Origin: Yuukianura sp. NJ FZ-2021
Taxonomy: Eukaryota
Assembly: GCA_046563655.1 (NCBI GenBank)
Contig: CM102285.1
Span: 2,542,001-2,606,000 of the forward strand
Direction of reading: 5' to 3'
DNA length: 64,000 nt
A program made the position numbers and the translations under genes. Positions 49,682 to 61,100 of the stretch are shown piece by piece. A model generated the notes under the pieces. It ran no database searches. It was given only the letters and a program-made list of their open reading frames with translations, and was not told the origin of the DNA. Within the stretch, counting starts at the first letter, position 1, and each line of letters begins with the position of its first letter.

Positions 49682-50410
49682 TTATTTTCCGATTATGCCC
49701 AAAACTAAGTCAAAAAATGGCATTGGATTCCATTGAACAAATGCATACGTGTCTAAACCACTATTTGAAGGTATCATTCTTCCTTCGCAGAGTCTCTTTA
49801 CTTGCTGAAATTTCACATCTTCAGATTGTTTCTGAGCCCCAACGACGTAATCCCAAGCAGGATTTGGGTTTATGTCATCATCATAGTAAGCACTAGGATC
49901 CGTTGTGTTTTTAGCGATGCCGTCTATGCAATTTTGAACCGTTGACCAACATCCCCTTTCGTTTTCACCTCTATTCGACATCTCCAAAGCAAAGTTGTAG
50001 CCGACTTTAACTACTGGATCTCTGGCTACTCTATGAGCGTTGATCAGTCCTCCCCACATTGTAAGACCAAGCAGCACATTTATCAATTCAATTTCAACAG
50101 CCGTTTTTCCACGCAATTCCAATCTGTTCACCCAATTCACAGTGTAGTGCAAAGCTTGTCTTGTTTTTGGCAACCAAATTATGCCACACGCTCTTTGTCG
50201 ATTGGCGCAAAATGCAACCTCAACTCGACTGGTAGCGGCGGCTACAATTTCCAGACCGGCCAGTGTTGCTTTTCCAACACGAGTAAAGAAGTCTCCCCAG
50301 CTCTCGGCTAACGAAAAAAAATTAATCTTATGTTAAGTTGAAAATTTAAATTGAACCATAGGTAGGTCTGTTTTCGATCAGTTAGGCCAATGAAAAGTGA
50401 ACTCACCCAT
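49682..50410 (-). CDS. Uncharacterised 209-aa protein; exons 50410-50407 and 50307-49682
   Basis: ATGG|GTGAGT micro-exon spliced to a TTAG| acceptor gives MAESWGDFFTRVGK... in frame with ORF 49682-50173; no family recognised. Confidence 0.65.
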
Positions 50411-52199
50411 TGTTACAGATGATTTTTAGAAAAACGGATTCAAAGGTACTAATTGGAGTGAATAAAAAATACTTTTGGAACTGTAGTTTTGAGAGTAGAT
50501 TTGCAGTTTATCTAATCTTGTGGCGTAAAATATTGTTTGATTTTGAATTTGTAAAATAAACATGAGCCAGAGGTTATTGATATTGCTGATATTCACGTTC
50601 ATTTAAAACCAAAAAGAATTAAAACTGAACCTTCTCAAGGTTATTCTAATACTGAAAAATTTTAAACGGTCAAATAGTGTGAGGCGTCTACAAAAACCTC
50701 CTCCTTTTTCGTGTGGTCAAGCCGATTAGGCTAGCCAATTAAGGCTATCATGAAATGAAATGTTTTGCATTGGAGCAATTACACGTTTAATTAGCGCAAA
50801 CACAGAATAAACCAGAGAGCTACGTTGGACAGCCATAACAACTGCATTAGCGTAACAAAAGAACAAAATATAAAAAGTGTTGATATCATGTGTTCTGAAA
50901 CTGCTTTCGAAGCAAATCTGGGTTTCAAACTTAGATTAGCAGAAGAAAAAATATACAAAAAACTATACGAGGTCAATTTTGAACCACGATTGAAAAATGT
51001 TTCTGTGATTTTAGGCAAACTTTCTTTTCATAATTACTTCACTACTGCGACTGCCACTTTCCTTCACCGTCGAGAACATATTTTTTGAAAAACGTTTCTA
51101 GCGCCTACCTTTGCTCGCTAAAAGTCATACTTATATACTGTGTAAGTTCAAAACCATTTCATAAATCTATGGAACTAAATCGCATTCGTGCTTTATCCTC
51201 CAAGATTTATTTGTGTGCTACTTATTTATTTGTATTTTTTATATTACATTTTAACAAAATATATTGTAGTTTTTATAATAAAAACTACAATATAGTTTGT
51301 TATAGTTTGTCTCTTTTTAGAAGGCACTTTTCAAATTTGAATCATATACTGGATGGTTCCAGTCGCCATTAAGGACCGTTAGGCCCAAGCCATCAGGCCC
51401 AATGAATTATGGCCCAAACCAATTAGGCCCTTTTGAAATTTTGGGTATGTGGAGAAAGTGTTTTTGAAAAACTGAGTTTTTCCATAATCGTGGAAACGGA
51501 AGCGAATAAACGACGAAAACAAAAAGCGCCTTCTAAAAAGAGACAAATAATAAAGTGTAATATGCCATATAATGCATAAATAAAGTCACTTTTATAATTT
51601 ATTCAGAAAGGAATCTTGTTGTACAATAAGAGAAACTTCAAATCATTGTTACTGGATTACCTTCCATCATAATGAAGGCTATGCATGGTCCTTGATGAAC
51701 TTTGTCAATTCGATCGGAAAATTAAGACAATACAATTATAATACGAACTATTAAGGAATTGTATCTGAAAATTAGACAACGGCGGAAAAATATTTGTGGC
51801 ATAGTGAAAGATGCAAGCATCAAAAATGTAAAAATGACAAGGAAAAGGTCAACCTATTGATTGGGAGGCGGTAAACCAGTTTATTAAAAGTTTATTCACA
51901 ATGTCAAATCCTTGTCCATTTCGTAAACTTGAAACTTACGTACTTACCTACGTGAAACTTACGTACGTAAACTTGAAACGTTGCATAACCGGTAATTAGA
52001 TTGGTTCCCACTAAATGTAGAAATTGTATTTTCAAGTACAAAAAGGAATGACACTAATAGTTTTCCAACATTTGCAAATAATTATTCAGAACGAATTAAA
52101 TCGTCAAATCATTTTGAGCGTGTTTTGTTTTTGGGTTTGATTAGGTTTTAGAGTTTTACTTTGAATCTGTCGTGTACCACAATTGCAGCTTCAATTGAA

Positions 52200-55100
52200 A
52201 TGCACGGTATGTTTTTTCAAATCTGAGAGAAATTTTGTATATAAAAATTTATAAAAAATAAATTGCTGTATAACGATGATGTTAATCTATTTTACTTCAT
52301 TCGTATCTTCCAGAACGTGCATGTTGGGTGACTTTGGTTGAAAATGATGCTGAAGGGTGGGCATCCGTTGTTCTGGCAAGGTCAATTCGGAGTACACTAA
52401 CGAAGTTTCCATTGACAATTGCAGTTAGTGAGCGTGTGTCGCAACCAATGCGGTTAGTTTCTTTTGAAAGTTTTTTTATGCATTAAAAAATTCCGAAATC
52501 ATTAATACGAGATCATGTTATTGGAATAATATATTAGTACGTGAAGTAGTACTCAATACATTTGCCGTCATTTTATCCGTGGTATACCAACATTTTCATA
52601 AAACAGTCCAAAATTCTTTCATTTTTCGTGCAATTTCGCTGCTATTTATGCTATATACAATTTATGGCGTTTCCGTCTGTACACGTGCTTTGGGGGAATT
52701 TAGAAACTACTTCGCTCAACCAGTCTGTTATCATCATCCAAGAAAGTTGCCAAGGTTTTCTTTAAGGTAATTTTCAATCCTTCCGTTTAATAGGAAGTGA
52801 TTAGTAGATTTCAAGGTTAAACATTTCCTTCTCAGATTAATTGGTTACCTTCATAATTGTTAACTCGTCGAGACAAAAAAGGTGACTGTTCACGGAAAGC
52901 TCATTGTCATATAATGACACAATGCTAACTTCTATTTTCCGTAAACTATTATTGTTTACAGCAATAATTTTTGTTTTTGCAGGTCACTATTACAACGAGA
53001 GTTTGATTTTGTTGCAAGATTTGACCTAAACGAAGTCGGTCTGCCAACGTGTAGCATTCTATGGCTCTGGACATTACGAGGATGGACGAAATGTGTCTAC
53101 GTCGACCCAAATTCATACGTAAGAATTGCTTCGTAAAATTTGAACAGCATTCTATGAAACTTATTTAACGTTGTTCGCGTGCCTACTTTTATACACATAA
53201 GTTAATGCTTGATTTGGTTTGACATACATTACTTTGAAAAATTTTTAAATTACATTTTTGTCACTATTTCTACACTTAAAACTTGGAAAAGAAAGTTTAA
53301 AAGCCATATTAAGAGTAAGTTAAACTTTTGTTCTTTGGTTTAAATCGGCTCTCTGTAGATGGTGAACTATTCGGACGATCTGTTTCAAAAACCGACATTT
53401 TCTGGTGTTGTAAATCAAAATGGAGTCGAACTATGTTCTAAGCACTTGTTCATTTTTCGTCCAAATGTTGACGAGTTTGAGAAACTTGTGCAATTAGCCA
53501 ACAACATTCAAGGTAAAAAAAAATGTAACGTATACTACTTGATGTGAATGAAATGTTACATCTCCTACAAGTATAAAAGTAAAATAATAACAAAATCCGT
53601 TGACAACCACATAAAAATTTCAAATTTAGGCGGAGTCCGAGCGATACTAAACCATCATTACAGCGCCTTACTTGCAAATTCGCAACATCAAATTAAGGCT
53701 GGGTTTTGGAAAAGTTGCAGAGAGTCTGAAATCAATTCAATGTATGTTGTTGCTTTTCTATTCAAGGTTGAAACGAATTTAAAATTTTCAACCTAACCTA
53801 ATTAAGCTTGTATGTCTAGTAAGTTGTTCGTTTTCTTGAAAAAACTGGGTAATTTGCATAGTTTTGTCGACAAATAATTGCTCTAAAAAATCATTTTTTT
53901 AAACGTGATTTTAGCGACTTTGCTTCAAATGTTATTCATTTTGGTGACATTTACTGGACAAAAATTTGGGAAGAAGAGGGAATTGAACTTGCATCAAATT
54001 GGTTCGACACTTTAGTGAATGACGTCATTCCAACGGTAAATCAGCTGAAGGTACAAATTTTAATTGCTTGTTGAGACTTTATTTTTGAATAAGTTTTTTA
54101 ATTGTATATATATATATATATATTGTACTTGACAAGCAGAATGAACGTACCAAAGCTGCTCTGTTGGCGTCATTGGAAGAACATGGACTGCTGAACTACG
54201 AAGCAACAGATAACCAACTGACGATTGCATCGATCCAGTACGATCAGCTACAAGATTTGAAACATTCAATTGCTGTAGTGGGTATGAGTTGTCGATTTCC
54301 TGGATCAAACAATGCAGATGAATTTTGGGAACTACTAACAAGTGGAAGAGATCCTATCAATCGATTTCCACAAAACCGTCCACGTCCACCAGCCAGAATA
54401 GACGAAGCAAACAATTTTGAAGCGGGATATCTCAAATGCCCAATTGATGAATTTGATGCTAAATTTTTTGGAATTAGTCCACGCGAAGCTCCGTTTGTGG
54501 ACCCACAACAAAGAATTTTGCTTGAAGTTATTTGGGAAAGCCTGGAAAATGCAAATATAAATCCACAAGGATTATATGAAAGCCCAACAGGAGTTTTCGT
54601 TGGAATTTGGCAACAGGAATATGATGACCAAATTTCAGGTTCAGCTCTCACTCCAGACGAAGTGCATCACAGATACTTAGGAAATGCGTTCAGTGCAACT
54701 GCGTCTCGTATTTCAAACTTTCTTGGCCTTTATGGACCAAACTACTCAATCGAGTAAGAGCAAAAAAAAACTTTGTTCTAAAATTTTGAATTCCTTTCTA
54801 GCTTTCAATAATTTTTTTTACATTCTTTAACAGGAGCGGTTGTTCAAGTAGCTCAAGCGCAATACATCTCGCTTGCCAAAGTTTGCGTAGAGGAGAGACC
54901 AAATTGTGCATCGCAAGTGGAGTTAATTTGGTTCTTCATTTTGCAAATCCATTTGGAGGTGACACCCTCGACTCAGTCGTGCTTGCAAGTGATTTTAGAT
55001 GTAAAACATTCGACGAGAGAGGTAACCCGTAACCCAAAATTATACAAAAAATTCTTATTATAGAAATACAAGGTAGAATACCCGCTTCTGAAAGCGGGGC

Positions 55101-58100
55101 TAGCTCATGTGGTAGTGTATGCTAACACAGATGGGAAAGCATATCAATTTTCGGAACCCACTATCACTTTGGGTACACGCTACCAATTGCGGGAACCCGA
55201 TACAACTTTGGGCACCCGCTAACAACTTTGGGCATCCGCTAACAATTTTGGGAATCCGCTACCACTTTGGGAACCCGCTACAAATTTGGGGAACTCACTT
55301 CCTGCGATGCTAATCATTGCGATAAGTCAATAAAGGCCAAACTTTACATGCCTCCACGCCGCGCCTCACGCCTATTTTTCGTTTGGCATTATGCAGGTCA
55401 CCGCCATAGGTCAAGGCTGAAAGGCCACACGTCATCGTGTTGCAAATTGATCGACTTCATTACACCTCTCCTTCTGAATGATATATCACACGCCTATTTT
55501 TCGTTTGAGTTTATGCGAGGTCACCGCTATAGGTATAGGTCAGGGGTCAAAGTCAATAGGTCATTATGTGATACACCAATCTAATTCATTTGATCTCTGC
55601 TTTCGGATGATATATCACATGCCTATGTTCAACTTTAAACTGGGTGAGCTCCCCGTTCGGGTTCAAGGGTCAAAGGTCACAGGTCAATATGTCACACATC
55701 AATCGACTGCATTAGACCTCTGCTTACGAATTACATATCACTTGCCTGTTCTTGGGATGATTTTGCGAGGTCATCGCGCCAGGTGAAGGGTCAAAGGTCA
55801 AGATGTCACATTTCTTCGGGGTGGCCTCCCGAAGAAAAGGACACCTCACTTGTCCAAATCGGTCAAGTAGTTTCGGGTGGAGTAGCAGGATATACACAGA
55901 CACAGATAAACAGGGTCTCAATTTTATATAAGTATATGCCATACTCCGTTTATTTTTGAATGGGGTCACTGCGGTAGGTCAAGGGCCAAAGGTCACATGT
56001 CAACATGTCATATACCAATCGACTCCACTTTGCGTCCTCTTTTGACTGATATGCTACACGCCTATGCTTCCTTTAATTTTGGATGGGGTCACTGCGCTAG
56101 GTCAAGGGTTAGGGTTGGGTCACAAAAAAGGTCACAGTCCAACATGTCATACATCAATCGACTTGATTTGACTTCTGCTTTCGAATGAGATGTCACTTGC
56201 CTGTGTTTCCTTTAATTTTGGCTTGGGTCATAGCGCTGGGTCAAGGGTCAAAGGTCGCAGGTCAATGTGTCATACATAAATCGACTGCATTTGACCTCTG
56301 CTTTCGAATGATATGTCACTCGCCTGTGTTGGGTATGATTTTGTGAGGTCATCGCGCTAGGTCAAAGGTCAAAGGTGACAGGTCAAGATGTGACATAGCC
56401 TATTCTCTGCGGGGTGACCTGACGAAGAAAAGGACACCTCACTTGTCCAAATCGGTAAAGTAGTTTCGGAGGAGGAGAGGAACATACACACAGATAAACA
56501 GGGTCTCGATTTTATATAAGTAGATGTATTCAAGGTGCTTTTACAACTAAAATACGACAAATTGTATTTCCTACAACAGGTTGCCCAATAACGCAGGGTT
56601 TGCCGGCCACTAGCTTCCTGCAAACAATTCCCCCCCCCCCCCATTCCTATTAAATTATATACAAATGATTATCTAGAAAGGCACGGCGACGCACCTTTTG
56701 CAAATTATTTGAGAAAATTAAAAACGTCGAGTTATTGGACAACCTGGTGTAGAATAAACAATTTGTTTACGAACCTTGTATGTATTATTCCATTTTATTA
56801 AAGCTACATTTACCATGTACATGTATTTGGATTTTCAGCCAATGGATTTGTCCGTGCCGAAGGCTGTGGCGCAGTCGTGCTCAAACCGTTTCAAGACGCC
56901 GTTCGTGATGGAGACAACGTTCTCGGTATAATTCGCGGAACTGCGTTGAACAATGACGGTCCTGCGTCAAGTTTTGGAACGCCAAATGGAAAGGCTCAAG
57001 AGCGAGTATTTCGAGAAGCTTTGGCTGATGCGGGAATCGAACCATGTGATGTGAGTGTAGTGGAAGCTCACGGTACAGGCACAATTGCTGGAGGTAATGT
57101 TGTAACTCCAAGTGTTTATTTTTAACCAACCTTGCTAAAATTTCCAAATTTGTTTTCAGACCCTACGGAAATGTATGCCATTGAACAAGTATATTCAAAA
57201 GGAAGAGTAGAACCACTATTTGTGAGTTCAGTAAAAACGAACATTGGACATGCAGAGGCATGTGCCGGAATGGCAGGGCTAATCAAAACCCTACTTTGTC
57301 TTAAACATAAAAAAGTCCCACCACATTTGCATCTCCAGAAACTGAATCCGAGAATCAATCTTGACAAAATTCCCGCCATTATTCCACAGCAACTCACAGA
57401 CTGGAAATCCGAAAAGCGAATTGCTGCTGTAAGCTCGTTCAGCATGAGTGGGACCAACGTGCACATAATTGTTCAAGAAACGCCCCAATTTATTGCTTTG
57501 GCTCGCAAAAACATTTCTTGTGCCAAAATTACACAATTGCAAATGGTCACAATTTCTGCCAAAACGGAAGAAGCACTAGAAGCTTTGTGTCAGAACTACA
57601 TTTCCCATTTTGAACATAATCCAAATCTAAACATAGCCGACGTCGCTCTTACGCTGAACACAGGAAGAGCAAATTTGCAGCATCGTATTGCCGTTATAGC
57701 GCAAGATACGGAAGAACTAAAGTCAAAGCTACTCAGCAGAACATATATCTCCGGAAAAGCGCCAACGCAAAAGCCGAAAATTATTTTCCTATTCACAGGT
57801 CAAGGTTCGCAGTATTTCGGAATGTGCAAGGAACTGTACAAATTTTCACCAGTATTTCAAACTGCACTGGACAAGTGTGATTTACTTTTTGAAAAATTCT
57901 TGAACTGCTCCTTAAAAGAAGTGATTTGGGGAGACGCTACTTTGTTAGACAAAACCGTATTTTGTCAACCGGCAATATTTTCAGTCCAATTTGCTCTTGT
58001 TCAACTTTGGAAGTCATTGGGTATTCGACCCGACGTGGTTTTAGGTCACTCCGTAGGAGAGTTCTGCGCATCAGTCTGCGCCGGTGTGCTATCACTGCAA

Positions 58101-61100
58101 GACGCCATGACTCTAGTTGTCACTAGAAGTCAATTAGTAAACTCACTTCAAGGCGGGAAAATGTTAGTAGTTAAAACTTCGCCAGCAGAAATTTACAAAT
58201 TGATCACAGAATTCAAAAATTTGAAAAACGACGCTTGGGTGGACGTTGCTGCTGAAAATTCTGTGCTAGAAGTCGTCGTATCTGGTACGCATGAAAATGT
58301 GGCTGCATTTGCCGATTTCTGCACAGCACGTCAACTGAAAACACAACTGATTGGAGCTGCGCATGCCTTTCACTCGCGATTAATGGAGCCAGTTTTAAGT
58401 GATTTCGGACAAAAAGCAGCAAAAATTGTTCCAAAAAATCCAAACTGTCGGTTTATCTCTGGAACTTTGGCGCGTAACTTGGAACTTCAAGATTTCGAGC
58501 CTTCTTATTGGATGAGACATCTACGAGACACAGTACGGTTCCACGATGCAATTAAATTTGTTTGTGAAGATGTTGATGAACCAAAAGTTTTCATTGAAAT
58601 TGGAGCCCAGCCTATTCTGACAAGTTTGACAATGGCAAATTTGGCCAACCCTTCAACAGAAACATTTTGTGCGTCAGTACGTAAAAATGAAAATGATTTA
58701 TCCTGTATGCTAAATTCTTTGTCCAAAATTTACCTCACTGGAATTGAAATTGACTGGAAACGATGGATTTCTGGAGGAAACAAAATTTCTTTACCGACGT
58801 ATCCGTTTCAACGTCAAAAATTTTGGATTCACTCTGATCACAAAGTCCAATTTGCTCATGTTTTGCATCCGCTACTTGGTCGCCAACTATCAACTCCCGC
58901 GCGCGACCAAATTTTTACTCATTTTATATCAACCAAAGAACTACCGTATATTGCCGATCACAAAGTGGCAGAAAAAGTTATTATTCCAGCAGCAGCTTAT
59001 TTGGAAACAATCATGGCTGCCGGTTGTCAAGTTCTGCAAGCCGGGAATGTTCAAGTGCCGTTTTGTGTAGAAAATTTGCAAGTTGAAGCTGCTTTAGAAC
59101 TTGTCAAATCATGTCAACTTCAAACAATTGTACGCACTGTTGGTGATACTGATGGCGTCAAATTTGAAATTGGGGTGCACAAGCAAGCGTCACGTGAGGA
59201 GTTGGACAAGTGGAAGCGACATGCTGTGGCGACATTTGCGTCAAGCTTTCAAGCCACTGCTTTAAGTAGCCTGGACATTCAAGCACTTCAAGGTAAAATG
59301 TCGCCAGTAGATACAATCAGTGAAGCCTATCAAACGTGCTCCGAAGCTGGTATTCAGTTTGGTCCAAGTTTTCAATCAATATCACGTGCGTGGAAGGGCA
59401 ATGAGGAACTTTTAACTGAAATTCGCTTACCTACTGATGCTGCTTCGTACATCTGTCACCCTATTGTTCTAGACGCAATGATTCAAACTTTTGCGCTTCG
59501 AACAGCATTTACATCAAAAACAAAATTTGAACTCCAACTACCAATCAGCATCAAGAGATTCACGTGGTTGTCGAAAGAAGCTACACAGAAAGTGTATGCC
59601 CATAGCCGCTGGAACGGAGATCTCCAGCAAGGTGGAACCGTTTATCTCTTGACAGATGCTGGACAAGTACTGGCAGTTATGGAAGGACTTGAACTGATTA
59701 CCACTTCAGTAGCAAGTTTCCTGCGTGCTTTAGACATAAATTCCAATGCACTACCAAGCTTCATGGAGGAAATTTGGAAAAAGTCAGACGACTTACTTAT
59801 TGGAAACACCAACCAATCAGAATCGGCTTCCCAAAATGCAGATTTCGTCGATCAACATCTTCAAATCAAATTTGCAACTATGGACCAGAAACAAGAAAAA
59901 TTGGAGGCAGCGCTAGAAATGGCACCAAATTCGAAAACTTGGCTTTTCATTTCTGATGGATCACCAGTTGAGGCAGCTTTGAGTAAGAAATTTAAACTTG
60001 CAGGACGGGAATGTTTAAGTTCTTTTGAAAATCAGGCAGAAATTCTGGAAGGAGTAATATTTTTCTGGACGGCTCCAGCAGTTGATGAAAATCAACAAAA
60101 GTGTCACGAACTACTAAACTTTTGTCAAAAATTTGTATCAACTTTTCAACAGGTCAATGTCAAACCAAAATTTGTTCTAGTGACACGCGGAGTTTACTAT
60201 TTGGGTGACTCAGGAGCTGGAAATCCAAATGCAGCAACTAGCGCTTCCTTCATTAGGTCATTTGCCAACGAACATCCAGATTTTCCAGTCATGTCAGTTG
60301 ACCTTGACCAAGATGAATCCAATACTGATAGAGAAGCAACTGAATTATTTGGAACCATTCTTTCAAACAATAAGGAAATGTTTAGAGCAATAAGGGAAGA
60401 CAAAGTTTATAATCAGCGATTAGTTTTGTTAGACAACAAAAACAACGGAATTTGTATGCCGAACTCAACAAGATTCAAAATTCAAAACCCGCCATCCAAA
60501 AGTTTAAACGATTTGCAAATTTCACCTGCCCCGAAAACAGAACCAACAGGAGATCAAGTCGAAGTGACAATTCGCGCTACGGCGCTAAACTTTCGTGATC
60601 TTTTTATGATTCTGCGTCCGGATGGATTCGAAGTGCCGGAATACCTTAACCCCGAACCGGGTTTCGACATTGCCGGTATCGTTTCGGCTATTGGTTCGAA
60701 CTGCACAAAATTTCAAGTTGGCGATTCTGTCATTGGTTGCGTTCTTGGTGGTGGCTTGGCATCTCACGTTGTTATTTCAGAAAAGCTACTCATGCGCAAA
60801 CCAGTTCAAATGACCTTCACTTCTGCAGCGACAATTCCAGTGGCATTCCTGACCGTGTTTTACTCATTTTTTGAATGTGCAAATTTGAAACGAGGAGATC
60901 GAGTGCTAATCCATGTAGCCACTGGTGGTGTTGGCTTGGCGGCAATTCAAATTGCAAAGCATGTTGGCGCTGAAATTTTTGCAACTGCTGGAAGTCGTCG
61001 AAAACGAGCTTACCTGAGTTCACTGGGAATCGAGTATGTCTACCACTCTAGAAATACAAACTTTGGCTCTGAAATTTTGAAAGACACAAACGGTGAAGGA

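Larger units (their letters stand above)
55069..56524 (-). mobile_element. Non-autonomous Helitron-like element in PKS intron 8, with a duplicated 5' end and internal tandem repeats
   Basis: Minus strand starts A|TCTACTTATATAAAAT and ends CTTG|T, with hairpin cccgctt-ctga-aagcggg (55081-55098) 12 nt from the end. A second 5'-terminal block lies at about 55830-55937. Confidence 0.75.

Noticed and set aside
51355-51980. Short aggccca repeats and cgtaaacttgaaac direct repeats upstream of the PKS
   Set aside because: Too short and degenerate to assign; likely transposon debris or slippage.
55125-55295. CRISPR-like array
   Set aside because: Degenerate 20-bp units with no unique spacers, inside an intronic transposon, and no cas genes.
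55119-56644. Short ORFs in PKS intron 8
   Set aside because: They derive from tandem repeats; no Rep/helicase or transposase motifs.
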